From assembly GCA_035480715.1 (NCBI GenBank), contig DATIHL010000011.1:14722-78721 (forward strand): a stretch of DNA of 64,000 bases, written 5' to 3'. Positions 18,816-29,603 of the stretch are shown one piece after another. This stretch comes from Candidatus Saccharimonadales bacterium. Lineage in GTDB: Bacteria > Patescibacteriota > Saccharimonadia > Saccharimonadales > UBA10212. The translations under genes were made by a program, and so were the position numbers. Below the pieces are notes generated by a model. The model searched no databases. It saw only the letters and a program-made list of their open reading frames with translations, and was not told where the DNA came from. Numbering within the stretch: position 1 is the stretch's first letter; each line of letters opens with the position of its first letter.

Positions 18816-19459
18816 TGCCCGTTATTTGCCCATCAATTTTGGCAGCTGATAAAGAAACTTATCATAAAGAAATTGATAAAGTAGTCCATTTTGCTCACCG
18901 TATCCAGGTTGATCTGACTGACGGTTTTTTTGCACCTCATAAAACAATTGGACCGGAAGATGCTTGGTGGCCAGTGGGATTTAAAGCTGATTTTCACCTA
19001 ATGTATAAAAAGCCAATATCTGCTATACAAAAAATTTTGCAACACAAGCCAAATTTAATAATTGTCCATGCCGAGGCGGATGGCGATTTTGACCAGGTGG
19101 TTTCTATTTGTCTAAACCACTCAGTCAAGCTGGGTGTAGCGCTTTTACCGACGACGCAACCCGAAGCGATTTTCTCAGCATTGGACCGAATTGATCATGT
19201 ATTAATTTTCAGTGGTGATCTTGGTAGCTACGGCGGTCACGCCGATCTAAACTTATTAGAAAAAGTAAAAGTTCTAAAGCAACAAAAACCCGACCTGGAA
19301 ATCGGTTGGGACGGGGGTGTAAACCAGCAAAATGTCTCTGAGCTAATATTTGGCGGCGTGGATGTTTTAAACGTTGGCGGTTTTATTCAAGAAGCCGAAG
19401 ATCCAGCCCGCGCTTTTCATATGCTTGGACGAATCGCCGAAGAAACCGGCACAGCATAG
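18815..19459 (+). CDS. rpe: Ribulose-phosphate 3-epimerase
   Basis: It has a GTG start that overlaps the rpiB stop. The sequence is a TIM-barrel epimerase (PSILAAD ... VDLTDG). Confidence 0.8.
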   Translation: MPVICPSILAADKETYHKEIDKVVHFAHRIQVDLTDGFFAPHKTIGPEDAWWPVGFKADFHLMYKKPISAIQKILQHKPNLIIVHAEADGDFDQVVSICLNHSVKLGVALLPTTQPEAIFSALDRIDHVLIFSGDLGSYGGHADLNLLEKVKVLKQQKPDLEIGWDGGVNQQNVSELIFGGVDVLNVGGFIQEAEDPARAFHMLGRIAEETGTA

Positions 19460-19486
19460 CTTATTTGAGCTATAATCTTAAGCGAA

Positions 19487-20353
19487 ATGGCTGATAAGAA
19501 AAAAGTACATTCTTTGCCGGCTTTAGAAAAAAAAGCTAATGAAATCCGGATGGATATTATTAAAATGCTCGAGCACGCCGGCAGCGGCCACTCGGCAGGG
19601 CCGCTAGGATTAACAGACATTTTTACAGCTCTTTATTTTCAAGTTTTAAAACACGATCCTAAAAATCCTGATTGGGAAGACCGCGATATTCTGGTCTTAA
19701 GCAACGGCCACTGTGTGCCGGTGCGCTACGTCACAATGGCTCACGCTGGCTATTTTGATAAAAAAGAACTAATGACGCTGCGTCAATTCGGCTCAAGATT
19801 GCAGGGACACCCCGAGCGCCAGCGGCTGCCCGGATTGGAAACAACTAGCGGTCCCTTAGGGAGTGGGTTGAGCCAAGCCGCTGGGATGGCGCTGGCGCTA
19901 CGGATGGATAAAGCCCAGCACCGCTGGGTTTATGTAGTAATGAGCGATGGCGAACAGGACGAAGGAAACAGTTGGGAAGCTGCCATGCTGGCTGGGAAGT
20001 ATAAGCTCAATAACCTTATCGCAATTACAGATAGAAATAATATTCAAATTGACGGACCGACAGAGACAATAATGCCACTCGAGAATCTGCGCGATAAGTG
20101 GGAAGCTTTTGGTTGGCACGTGCTAGAAATTGACGGCAACGACATCGACGCAGTAATAGATGCCTGCGAAATGGCCAAAGCCATCGTTGAAAAACCGGTG
20201 ATGATTATCGCACACACAGTGCCGGGTAAAGGTGTAGATTTTATGGAGTACGACTTCCATTGGCATGGTGCTCCGCCGAATCATGAGCAGGCGGTTAAAG
20301 CCCTAAAAGAACTCCGGACACTGCAGGGCAAAATAAGATCGGAGCACGAATAA
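19487..20353 (+). CDS. tktA: Transketolase, N-terminal subunit (split tkt)
   Basis: The TPP-binding N-terminal half of transketolase is present (GHSAGPLG ... GDGEQDEGNSWEA). Confidence 0.85.
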   Translation: MADKKKVHSLPALEKKANEIRMDIIKMLEHAGSGHSAGPLGLTDIFTALYFQVLKHDPKNPDWEDRDILVLSNGHCVPVRYVTMAHAGYFDKKELMTLRQFGSRLQGHPERQRLPGLETTSGPLGSGLSQAAGMALALRMDKAQHRWVYVVMSDGEQDEGNSWEAAMLAGKYKLNNLIAITDRNNIQIDGPTETIMPLENLRDKWEAFGWHVLEIDGNDIDAVIDACEMAKAIVEKPVMIIAHTVPGKGVDFMEYDFHWHGAPPNHEQAVKALKELRTLQGKIRSEHE

Positions 20354-21330
20354 TGGAAATGCATTTGGCGAAGAGCTGGGATACGGTTGAACCGATTCGC
20401 AAAGGCTATGGACGCGGACTGCTAGAAGCCGGTAAGCGTTGGGAAAATATAGTTGCCGCCTGTGCTGATTTAACCGAATCGACCCAGATGAATCTATTTG
20501 CTGAAGCTTTTCCAGAGAGATTTATCGAAGTTGGCGTAGCCGAACAAAATTTGGTAACCGTTGGCTCGGGATTAGCGGCTATGGGCAAGATCCCCTTTGT
20601 TTCGAGTTATGCAGCTTTTAGTCCCGGCCGAAATTGGGAACAGATTCGCACTACTATCGCTATCAATAATCAGCCGGTTAAAATAATTGGTTCGCATGCT
20701 GGCGTTAGCGTTGGGCCAGACGGAGCAACCCACCAAATGCTGGAAGATCTAGCCTTAATGCGGGCGCTACCTAACATGTTAGTAATTGCACCTGGCGACA
20801 GCGTTGAGGCTGAAAAAGCTACACTCGCCATGGCGGCAGATAAGCAACCAAATTACATGCGGGTCGCTCGCGAAGCCACGCCGATAATTACCACAGAACG
20901 TACGCCGTTCGAGATCGGCAAAGCCTATGTCTTCCATGAAGGCACAGAAGTGACTCTGCTGGCCACAGGTACCATGACGTATCAGGCTATGGAGGCCGCC
21001 AGAATTCTTGCCAAAGATGGCATAGATGCAGAGGTGGTCCATGTGCCAACTATAAAGCCGCTAGATACTGAAACCATTCTGGAGAGTGTGCGTAAAACCC
21101 GGCACGTTGTGACAGCCGAAGAGGCGCAAGTCAACGGCGGATTTGGCGGCGCGATCGCTGAACTACTGGGTGAGAATTTGCCAACACCGCTATTTAGGAT
21201 TGGAATGAGGGACAGGTTTGGCGAAAGCGGCAAACCGGATGAACTTTTAAAACATTTTGGCTTGGACGCGGATCATATAGCTATGGCCGCTCATCACCTA
21301 CTACTAGACCACACCAACCACAAGCACTAG
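20353..21330 (+). CDS. tktB: Transketolase, C-terminal subunit (split tkt)
   Basis: The pyrimidine-binding and C-terminal half of transketolase are present. Its start overlaps the stop of the N-terminal subunit gene. Confidence 0.85.
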   Translation: MEMHLAKSWDTVEPIRKGYGRGLLEAGKRWENIVAACADLTESTQMNLFAEAFPERFIEVGVAEQNLVTVGSGLAAMGKIPFVSSYAAFSPGRNWEQIRTTIAINNQPVKIIGSHAGVSVGPDGATHQMLEDLALMRALPNMLVIAPGDSVEAEKATLAMAADKQPNYMRVAREATPIITTERTPFEIGKAYVFHEGTEVTLLATGTMTYQAMEAARILAKDGIDAEVVHVPTIKPLDTETILESVRKTRHVVTAEEAQVNGGFGGAIAELLGENLPTPLFRIGMRDRFGESGKPDELLKHFGLDADHIAMAAHHLLLDHTNHKH

Positions 21331-21334
21331 TTAA

Positions 21335-22222
21335 ATGAGCTGGCAATCACTCATTTTAATCCAGGCTTTTTTAACCGCACTAGCGACTATTATTACAAGA
21401 GTGCTAGCGCGCGATCGAAAGACGGCGAACGCCAGCATGGCAATTACGGCTAGCTGGTTTATTCTTTTATATATTTGCGGGATAGCCTTTTTGCCATGGT
21501 TTGGCCACGTGCACTCTCAAAGCTTTTTCCACTACGGCTGGCGATTCGTACTAGGCGGCACGGCATTCGCCCTTAATAACATCCTTACCTACAAGGCATT
21601 CGTATACTTAGACGCCACTATTGGCAGCATATTGGGAACTATTGCAGCTCTTTTTACCGTTATCGGTGCAGCTTTAATATTGAATGAGGAGCTATCAGTC
21701 ACTCAGGCAGTCGGAGCAATGATGCTGATCCTTGCAATTATTTATGGTGTTCTAGCTACAAGGGTAAAACCGTCAAAAAAGACACACAGAACCCTCATCA
21801 TCGGCGCCATATATGTTGTGGCCGCGAGTGCATTTTATGCAGTTGCGGCGGTCAACGAAAAATCGTTGCTCAGTCACGTCTCCGTAGGTGATTATATTGT
21901 CTTTGGCTGGGGCTGGCAGACGATTATGGCTGTTGCTGCAGCGCTGCTAATTCAGCCCAGAGCCTTTAAGCTACTTTTAAGGCCTGCAGTACTAAGATGG
22001 ACGGCGTTGCTAGGTATTTTACGGGCAGTATCGGGACTTTGCTTTATGCTATCGCAAATCAGGAGCAATAATGTGGCCTTAGTCACAGTAATATCTAATT
22101 TCAGGCTAATCATTGTGGTTATACTGGGTTTTTGGCTTTTGAAAGAGAGGCAAAAAATTACTCAGAAATTCATAGCTACCGGAGCCGCTACTATAGCTCT
22201 TATAATAATCTTTTGGAAATGA
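21335..22222 (+). CDS. EamA/DMT-superfamily transporter
   Basis: About 10 predicted TM segments arranged as two EamA-like repeats. Confidence 0.65.
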   Translation: MSWQSLILIQAFLTALATIITRVLARDRKTANASMAITASWFILLYICGIAFLPWFGHVHSQSFFHYGWRFVLGGTAFALNNILTYKAFVYLDATIGSILGTIAALFTVIGAALILNEELSVTQAVGAMMLILAIIYGVLATRVKPSKKTHRTLIIGAIYVVAASAFYAVAAVNEKSLLSHVSVGDYIVFGWGWQTIMAVAAALLIQPRAFKLLLRPAVLRWTALLGILRAVSGLCFMLSQIRSNNVALVTVISNFRLIIVVILGFWLLKERQKITQKFIATGAATIALIIIFWK

Positions 22223-22263
22223 TTGCCGCATTACGCTTAAGCTTCTACAATTAGGCTTGAGTT

Positions 22264-23178
22264 ATGTCACTTGAATTAGCTAAAGTCCGCAGGAACTGCG
22301 AGCTAGCTCGGGCCGCTTTTGAACGCGCCAGAGAGGGCCATTTTGCTTTGGGCGCATTTAATCTGGATAACCAGGAAACTTTGGTTGCGGTAGTGCGGGC
22401 GGCGATCGCCAAAAAAGCGCCGGTTTTGGTAGAAGTTAGTCAAGGCGAAGTTGAGGCCATGGGCTTAGATAACGTGCGTGATTTAGTAGACAACTATAAA
22501 GTGCAGTACGGTGTCGAGATGTATATCAATCTTGACCACAGCCCTACTGTTAAGGATGCAATTGCCGGAATTAATGCCGGCTTTGAATGCATACATATAG
22601 ATATTTCGCAGGCTAAGCACGATGCCACGGATGAAGAAATTCTGGCAAAGACAAGAGAAGTCGTGCAAGCAGCAAAGTTGACTGGCGCGATTGTAGAAGC
22701 CGAGCCCCACTATTTTGCCGGCAGCAGCAACATGCACACAGAAAAAATAGATTACGCAGATATTAAAAAATATTTTACCAAGCCTGAAGAGGCCAAAAAA
22801 TTCGTTGAGGATACAGGCATTGATACATACGCGGCCGCTATTGGTAACTTGCACGGTCATTACCCGGTACCAAAAATTTTGGATCTAGACCTACTGCGAC
22901 AAATAAAAGACGCGCTTGATTGCAATATATCTCTCCATGGTGGTAGCGATACACCAAAGCACTACTTTATAGAAGCGGTCAAAATCGGCGTAACCAAGAT
23001 AAACATCAACTCTGATATGCGCATTGCCTACCGCGACACCCTCGAGAAAGTCCTAAAAGAAAATAAATCTGAGTACGCAGTAGTAAAGTTGATGGGGCAA
23101 GTCATAGACGAGGTCCAAAAGGTCGTGGAATCCAAAATAGATACTTTCAATAGCGCCGGCAAAGCCAAAATTTCTTAA
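22264..23178 (+). CDS. fba: Class II fructose/tagatose-bisphosphate aldolase
   Basis: Similarity to the ketose-bisphosphate aldolase class II family (NLDHS ... GNLHG ... SLHGGS metal ligands). Confidence 0.8.
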   Translation: MSLELAKVRRNCELARAAFERAREGHFALGAFNLDNQETLVAVVRAAIAKKAPVLVEVSQGEVEAMGLDNVRDLVDNYKVQYGVEMYINLDHSPTVKDAIAGINAGFECIHIDISQAKHDATDEEILAKTREVVQAAKLTGAIVEAEPHYFAGSSNMHTEKIDYADIKKYFTKPEEAKKFVEDTGIDTYAAAIGNLHGHYPVPKILDLDLLRQIKDALDCNISLHGGSDTPKHYFIEAVKIGVTKININSDMRIAYRDTLEKVLKENKSEYAVVKLMGQVIDEVQKVVESKIDTFNSAGKAKIS

Positions 23179-23207
23179 CTTCTTATGCTAAAATAGCCGT
23201 AAGGATT

Positions 23208-24218
23208 ATGGCAGAGTCACAACTGGATGTTTTAAGTGTCGGCAACGTTGTTAATGATATCTTCATCCGTTTACTTGACGATCAAGCAAAACTCGAAGAT
23301 TCTGCACATGGCCCAACTATAAGTATGCCTTATGGGGCCAAAGTACCTTTTGATTTCTCAGAAAAGATTGTTGCAGTCGGGAATGCACCGAATGCCGCGG
23401 TAGCATTTTCAAGGCTTGGTTTAAAGAGTGGATTAGCTTCTAATGTGGGCGAAGATGATGATGGCCGCGACATTATTAAACAGCTGCAAAAATCACGTGT
23501 CGATACTAGGTTTGTTCATATCAATCCAGGTAAGAAAAGCCAAACTCACTTTGTTTTATGGTACAAGGAGGATCGCACAATATTAGTGCGAGACCAGATA
23601 GATTATGAATATCACTGGCCTCGTTTTCGTATAATTGACCTTCCAAAATGGATTTACTTTAGTTCAGTTGGTAAATCGGCTGTAGAATATGACGATGCTA
23701 TAACCCACTGGCTTGAAGCTCATCCTGCCATAAAACTAGCCCTTCAGCCAGGAACATTTCAAATTCAAACCGGCACAGAGCGCCTAAAAAGATTATATGC
23801 ACGTACACAAGTGCTAGCAGTCAATAGAGAAGAGGCCGCAACTATCGTGGGCGGGCACCATGATAATGTTCACGCACTGTTGGATAAACTCCACGAGCTT
23901 GGGCCAAAGGTAGTTGTAATTAGCGATGGGCATGCTGGTGCCTACGCTAGTGATGGCGTTAACAGATATAAAATGCCAATTTATCCCGATCCAAAGCCGC
24001 CATTTGAGCGTACCGGTGCAGGCGATGCATTTACTTCTACGTTTGTCGCAGCCATGATTCACGGCGCTGATATAGCCGGAGCTCTGCTATGGGCGCCGAT
24101 AAATCCAATGAGTGTAGTTCAAAAAGTCGGAGCTCAAGCCGGCTTACTAACACAAAAAGAGATAGAACACTTCTTGCGCATCGCGCCAGAAAGCTACCAC
24201 CCTGAAAGGCTACGCTAA
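23208..24218 (+). CDS. pfkB: PfkB/ribokinase-family carbohydrate kinase; could be the phosphofructokinase or a nucleoside/sugar kinase
   Basis: The N-terminal GG motif and the C-terminal TGAGDAF anion-hole motif are present. It is adjacent to fba. Confidence 0.7.
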   Translation: MAESQLDVLSVGNVVNDIFIRLLDDQAKLEDSAHGPTISMPYGAKVPFDFSEKIVAVGNAPNAAVAFSRLGLKSGLASNVGEDDDGRDIIKQLQKSRVDTRFVHINPGKKSQTHFVLWYKEDRTILVRDQIDYEYHWPRFRIIDLPKWIYFSSVGKSAVEYDDAITHWLEAHPAIKLALQPGTFQIQTGTERLKRLYARTQVLAVNREEAATIVGGHHDNVHALLDKLHELGPKVVVISDGHAGAYASDGVNRYKMPIYPDPKPPFERTGAGDAFTSTFVAAMIHGADIAGALLWAPINPMSVVQKVGAQAGLLTQKEIEHFLRIAPESYHPERLR

Positions 24219-24219
24219 T

Positions 24220-25275
24220 ATGTCAAAATACTTTGCAAAGCTATTAGCCGAACCAGAAGTGAAAATCGCCAAAACTATCGCCAAGATGGAAGAGGTATGT
24301 GGCTATCCAAGCGAAGATGTCCGACTGGTGGCCGAAAATAAGCAACAACTGCGCATAAAAGTTAAACAACTGAGTTTGGACCCTGATGATACGACCGATG
24401 AAGAATTATATTATGCGCTTATTACTAAATATCAAGACGATAGCAATAGGCTAAATAAAGCTCTAGGCGTACACGCAGACACGGATTTTGACGAAAGATT
24501 GGCCAAAGCCAGGCAGCTTGTAAGTCACTGCGCATCATCAGATGAGATGTGGGTGATAAAAAATTCCGTTGTCAAAACGGCTCTGGTTAACAATCCACCA
24601 AAACAGGTATCTAAAAGGCTGCACTTCCGCTCAGCAGCTTCTATGATTAAGAGAGAGGATCTGGCAGAGATTTATCTGGCCGCAGTTTATTTAGAATCAG
24701 CTACTTGGCGAAAGAAAGTTTCACAGCAGTTGTCTAAAACCAGCACCGCTGACTACGAACTTCGATCAATAAAGATTGTTAAGTTGTCTTTTGAGCGTTG
24801 GGGGAAAATTAATGGTCCTGCGTCTTATATTGTGAGCGACCCACGAATGGGGGCAGTTGCACTATGGCCATCGACAGAATTAAAAAATGCATCAGTGCTC
24901 AGCCTAACCCTGCTACTACTCGATGGGCTACAAGCTATCAACCCGAGCGGTTACTCGGAGTTGCTACACGAATTGAGTCCAGCTTTACGCTGGTGGACAG
25001 ATAACAAATATTTAATTTCAGATGGTGATTATTCTGTTTCATTTAACCTTAAAGACGTTGCGCTCAATCATTTGCAGAATAACAATCTAAGTCAAGCGGT
25101 AGCACATCACGGCAGAGAATCCCTGTGGCAGGAACTAGCTAGTCGCTATAAGATCATTTCTAGTTCTTTATCCGACTCAATCCCTGATATCCAGTACAAC
25201 TTCAATAAGGCAAAAAACGTCCCGGCTCTACCTATCAACGATGAGCTTGCGGCCGAATATATTACAGTAGAGTAA
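24220..25275 (+). CDS. Hypothetical protein (351 aa, soluble, no recognised domain)
   Basis: The ORF is tightly coupled to its neighbours: a 1-nt gap after pfkB and 6 nt before the next gene. No motif was recognised. Confidence 0.4.
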   Translation: MSKYFAKLLAEPEVKIAKTIAKMEEVCGYPSEDVRLVAENKQQLRIKVKQLSLDPDDTTDEELYYALITKYQDDSNRLNKALGVHADTDFDERLAKARQLVSHCASSDEMWVIKNSVVKTALVNNPPKQVSKRLHFRSAASMIKREDLAEIYLAAVYLESATWRKKVSQQLSKTSTADYELRSIKIVKLSFERWGKINGPASYIVSDPRMGAVALWPSTELKNASVLSLTLLLLDGLQAINPSGYSELLHELSPALRWWTDNKYLISDGDYSVSFNLKDVALNHLQNNNLSQAVAHHGRESLWQELASRYKIISSSLSDSIPDIQYNFNKAKNVPALPINDELAAEYITVE

Positions 25276-25281
25276 AGATAT

Positions 25282-25854
25282 ATGGGTGGAAAATATCAGA
25301 TTTGCGTTTCCGGAGCTGCCAAGGGCGACAGTGTTGAACACGGCTATAAATTAGCTGAAGAGATTGGAGCATCCATAGCCAAAGCTGGCCATAGTTTGAT
25401 GACCGGTGCCACTAATGGATTGCCGGATTACGCTGCCATTGGTTATAAGAAGGCTGGCGGCAAAATGAGCTTTGGCTTGAGTCCGGCGTCCACTAAAGTT
25501 GAGCACGTAGTAAAATATCGCCTGCCTACCGAAAACTACGACGCGATTTTGTATACCGGCTTACATTACGGCGGACGCGATGCGCTCTTGATAAATTCGG
25601 CCGATGCAGTAGTCACTATAGGTGGTCGTCTTGGAACGCTCCACGAATTCACCATAGCTGCCGAAACTCACACCCCGATCGGAGTATTAGAAAGCGCCGG
25701 TGGTGTCAGTGCCCAAATTGAGATGCTGCTAAAACTCTTGCCAAATGCCAATCCCGATTTGGTAATTTTCGAAGAAGACCCGGATAAACTGATTACCAAG
25801 CTGACTCACATGCTCGATAAGCTACACAGCTCTTATCACCATCTCTACAAATAG
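25282..25854 (+). CDS. TIGR00725/LOG-like (SLOG) Rossmann-fold protein
   Basis: The sequence (ICVSGAAKGDSVEHGYKLAEEIGASIAKAGHSLMTGATNGL ... GGRLGTLHEF) matches the LOG/DprA-like family pattern. Confidence 0.55.
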   Translation: MGGKYQICVSGAAKGDSVEHGYKLAEEIGASIAKAGHSLMTGATNGLPDYAAIGYKKAGGKMSFGLSPASTKVEHVVKYRLPTENYDAILYTGLHYGGRDALLINSADAVVTIGGRLGTLHEFTIAAETHTPIGVLESAGGVSAQIEMLLKLLPNANPDLVIFEEDPDKLITKLTHMLDKLHSSYHHLYK

Positions 25855-25881
25855 AGATAAATTCGTTGCTACAATTAAGGG

Positions 25882-27840
25882 ATGGCTAAATTCCATCTGA
25901 GGAGTGATTATAAGCCGACGGGAGACCAGCCGGCGGCGATTGCTAAATTGAGCGAAGGTATAAGCACCGGCGAAAAACATCAAACTCTGCTTGGAGTAAC
26001 GGGTAGCGGCAAAACCTTCACAATGGCTAATGTAGTTAATAATATCCAGCGGCCAACGTTAGTACTTTCGCACAACAAAACTCTAGCAGCCCAGCTTTAC
26101 AATGAGTTCCGCCAGTTTTTTCCGGATAACGCCGTCCATTATTTTGTCAGCTACTTTGATTATTATCAGCCGGAAGCTTATGTGCCCAGAACCGATACCT
26201 ATATAGAAAAAGACAGCGACATTAATGAGGAGATAGACCGACTTCGCCACGCCGCTACCGAAGCATTATTGTCACGGCGCGATGTACTTATTGTTGCAAG
26301 CGTTTCGTGTATTTACGGTATTGGATCGGTTGAAGACTATGCAAATATGACCGTTAAGCTCAAAAAAGGCGAGCGGCGCTTGCGCGACAAATTGCTGCGT
26401 CAATTAACGGATATCCAATACCACCGCAATGATATGGCTTTCGAGAGAGGGAACTTTAGGGTACGCGGCGACGTAGTTGACGTTTTTCCGGCTGGAGATG
26501 AAGCTGCCTACCGCATTGAATTTTTCGGGGACGAAGTAGAGAAAATGACCCAAATTAACCCATTGACAGGCGAGATTGAAAAAATACTTGACACGTTAAG
26601 CATTTTTCCGGGCAGCCATTATGTAACCCCGGAAGAAAAGCTTAAAAAAGCTATTGTAAAGATCCAGGCCGAAACGGATGAGCGGCTTAAGTGGTTCAAA
26701 GATCATGGGAAGTTATTGGAGGCTCAACGCTTAGAACAACGTGTGAAGTTTGATATCGAGATGCTCGAGCAAACCGGTTTTGTAAAAGGCATCGAAAACT
26801 ACAGCCGCTATTTGACTGACCGCGAGGAGGGCGAACAGCCAGCTACTCTTTTAGATTACTTCCCGGATGATTACATGATGTTCATAGACGAGTCGCACAT
26901 GAGCATTCCGCAGGTGCGTGGCATGTACCACGGTGACCGTTCGCGCAAGGAAGTGTTGGTAGAACATGGGTTCCGTTTGCCCAGCGCCCTAGATAACCGT
27001 CCGCTGACTTTCAGCGAGTTTGAGCGTCACATGAATCAAGTCGTTTACGTTAGTGCTACACCAGCGGAATATGAACTTTCGCGCAGCAAAGAGCCAGTGC
27101 AGCAAATTATCCGGCCAACCGGTTTAATCGATCCACAGATTGATATAAGGCCAATTGATGGGCAGATCGATGATCTGATCAGCGAGATTAGAAAAACCGT
27201 CGAGAAAAAACAAAGGGTATTAGTAACTACATTAACCAAGCGCATGGCAGAAGATCTGGCTGAGTATTTGGGCGAGTTGAATATAAAAGTAACTTATCTA
27301 CATAGCGAAATCGACACCCTGGAACGCACTGACGTGCTGCGTGACCTACGTTTGGGTGTTTATGACGTACTCGTTGGCATAAACTTGTTGCGTGAAGGGT
27401 TGGACCTGCCCGAAGTAAGTCTAGTAGCTATTATTGACGCCGATAAAGAAGGTTTTTTGCGTAGCGAGCAGGCGTTAATTCAAACAGTTGGACGTGCCGC
27501 TCGGCATGTTGAGGGACGGGTGCTGATGTATGCCGACCACGTAACCGGTAGCATGAAACGCGCCATCGACGAAACCAACCGCCGCCGAAACGTCCAGGAA
27601 GCTTACAATAAAAAACACGGCATTACGCCAATTAGCATCAGCCGGGAAGTGTCGGAAATGCTACCCCGCGCGGTGAAGGAAGAAAAGTCCAAACTTGATC
27701 TAAAGAAAATTCCTAAGGAGGAATACGATTACCTGATACGCGATCTGACTTCGCAAATGGACTTAGCAGCAGCTAATTTGGAGTTTGAAAAGGCAGCCGA
27801 GCTGCGTGATTTAATCGCTGAAGTCAAAGCTAAATTGTAG
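25882..27840 (+). CDS. uvrB: Excinuclease ABC subunit B
   Basis: A Walker A motif (GVTGSGKTF), helicase motifs and a C-terminal UvrB/UvrC interaction motif are present. Confidence 0.95.
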   Translation: MAKFHLRSDYKPTGDQPAAIAKLSEGISTGEKHQTLLGVTGSGKTFTMANVVNNIQRPTLVLSHNKTLAAQLYNEFRQFFPDNAVHYFVSYFDYYQPEAYVPRTDTYIEKDSDINEEIDRLRHAATEALLSRRDVLIVASVSCIYGIGSVEDYANMTVKLKKGERRLRDKLLRQLTDIQYHRNDMAFERGNFRVRGDVVDVFPAGDEAAYRIEFFGDEVEKMTQINPLTGEIEKILDTLSIFPGSHYVTPEEKLKKAIVKIQAETDERLKWFKDHGKLLEAQRLEQRVKFDIEMLEQTGFVKGIENYSRYLTDREEGEQPATLLDYFPDDYMMFIDESHMSIPQVRGMYHGDRSRKEVLVEHGFRLPSALDNRPLTFSEFERHMNQVVYVSATPAEYELSRSKEPVQQIIRPTGLIDPQIDIRPIDGQIDDLISEIRKTVEKKQRVLVTTLTKRMAEDLAEYLGELNIKVTYLHSEIDTLERTDVLRDLRLGVYDVLVGINLLREGLDLPEVSLVAIIDADKEGFLRSEQALIQTVGRAARHVEGRVLMYADHVTGSMKRAIDETNRRRNVQEAYNKKHGITPISISREVSEMLPRAVKEEKSKLDLKKIPKEEYDYLIRDLTSQMDLAAANLEFEKAAELRDLIAEVKAKL

Positions 27841-27881
27841 AAATCTACATCTGATATTCTGCTATACTACATCTATAAAGT

Positions 27882-28175
27882 ATGAGTAAGCTTACCAGGG
27901 ACCAGGTCTTAAAATTGGCTCAGCTGAGCCGGCTAAAACTAACAGAAGAAGAGATTGAGCGCTTCAGTAAAGAACTGTCTGAAATTTTATCTTACGTTGA
28001 GATGCTCGATAAAGCTGACATACAGGGACTGGAACCTACTTATCAAGTAACTGGTCTTAAGAATGTGATGCGCGAGGACGAGGTGATTGATTATCAGACG
28101 AAGCCAAAAGATTTGTTGGCTGGCGCACCAGCTATAGAAAAAAACCAGTTCAAGGTTAAAAGAGTCCTAGGTTAA
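27882..28175 (+). CDS. gatC: Asp/Glu-tRNA amidotransferase subunit C
   Basis: GatC family similarity over 97 aa. Confidence 0.85.
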   Translation: MSKLTRDQVLKLAQLSRLKLTEEEIERFSKELSEILSYVEMLDKADIQGLEPTYQVTGLKNVMREDEVIDYQTKPKDLLAGAPAIEKNQFKVKRVLG

Positions 28176-28178
28176 TTT

Positions 28179-29603
28179 ATGGGATCTTGGCCAAAAATAG
28201 CCGATATATCTTTGCGGGTTCAGAAAGGCGAGCTTAAAGCTGCTGATTTAGTCAAACAATCCATAGAGTTGATCGAGCAGAATAAAGATTACGGCGCTAT
28301 TATTTCTGTAACTGAAGAGAGGGCGGTCGAACGCGCAAAAAAAATTGACGAAAAAGCTCAAAAAGGCGAGGCGATCGGGCCGCTAGCGGGTGTGCCGTTT
28401 ATTGCCAAGGACAATTTTTTGACGTTTGGCGGTAAAACCACAGCCGCAGCCAACTATCTGAAGAATTTTGAAGCGCCTTATCAATCTACAGCCATCGAGA
28501 AGCTAGAAGCAGCCGGCGCTATTTGTGTGGCAAAATCGAACTTGGATGCCTGGGCACACGGCAGCAGTACCGAAAATAGCGATTTTTTTGTAACCAAGAA
28601 TCCCCATGATAAAACTCGCGTAGCCGGCGGTAGCTCGGGGGGTTCGGCGGCATCAGTAGTTTTAGATATGGTTCCATTCGCACTGGGAACAGATACAGGC
28701 GGCTCTGTCCGCTTACCTGCTAGTTTCTGCGGCGCGGTAGGTCTAAAACCAACTTATGGTTTGATATCTCGTTCAGGCATTGTGGCTATGGCTAGCAGTA
28801 CAGATGTAGTTGGTACTATGGCTCGAAACGCCGACGATGTGGCTGCCGTAGTCGATGTCATGGCGGGCCGTGACGACCTGGATAGCACAACTATCGAACG
28901 AGATAAGAAGTCCTATACTGAACTTCCTGCAGAACTAAGTGGCAAAAAGATAGGAATAATAAAAGAATGCTTTGAGGAGGGCTTGGACGCAGACGTTAAA
29001 ACAGCAATGGGGGGAGCCATTGATAGGCTCAAAAAAGGCGGAGCTGAAGTTAGCGAAGTTAGTCTACCGAGTCTGCCCCTAGCACTGGCAGTTTACTATA
29101 TCGTTTGCCCAGCTGAAGTTAGTAGTAACTTGGCGCGTTATGACGGTCAAAGATACGGATACTCCAGCCAAAATGCCAAAGATGTAGAGGAAAGTTACCT
29201 GTTGAGCCGCGAAGAAGGTTTTGGCGCCGAGGCCAAACGCCGAATAATGATCGGCACATATGTGCTTTCTAGTGGTTACTACGATGCTTATTATAAAAAA
29301 GCCCAAACCGTACGGACAAAAATCATCAATGAATTTAAAAACGCTTTTCAAAAATTCGATTTCTTGGTTGGCCCCACCTGTCCAACAACGGCATTCAAAA
29401 TTGGCGAGCGGGTTAGTGATCCGCTGCAAATGTACTTAACCGACATAATGATGGTAGCCGCTAATATATCTGGTAATCCGGCTATTAGCGTCCCGGCAGG
29501 CAATGCTGATGGGCTGCCGGTCGGGCTACAAATAATCGCGCCCCAAAAAGCTGATCGTGAATTGCTTGGAATAGCTAAAGCCTTTGAGGAGACCGACCAG
29601 TGA
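28179..29603 (+). CDS. gatA: Asp/Glu-tRNA amidotransferase subunit A
   Basis: The amidase signature is present (GGSSGGSAASV), with a Ser-cisSer-Lys triad context. Confidence 0.9.
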   Translation: MGSWPKIADISLRVQKGELKAADLVKQSIELIEQNKDYGAIISVTEERAVERAKKIDEKAQKGEAIGPLAGVPFIAKDNFLTFGGKTTAAANYLKNFEAPYQSTAIEKLEAAGAICVAKSNLDAWAHGSSTENSDFFVTKNPHDKTRVAGGSSGGSAASVVLDMVPFALGTDTGGSVRLPASFCGAVGLKPTYGLISRSGIVAMASSTDVVGTMARNADDVAAVVDVMAGRDDLDSTTIERDKKSYTELPAELSGKKIGIIKECFEEGLDADVKTAMGGAIDRLKKGGAEVSEVSLPSLPLALAVYYIVCPAEVSSNLARYDGQRYGYSSQNAKDVEESYLLSREEGFGAEAKRRIMIGTYVLSSGYYDAYYKKAQTVRTKIINEFKNAFQKFDFLVGPTCPTTAFKIGERVSDPLQMYLTDIMMVAANISGNPAISVPAGNADGLPVGLQIIAPQKADRELLGIAKAFEETDQ

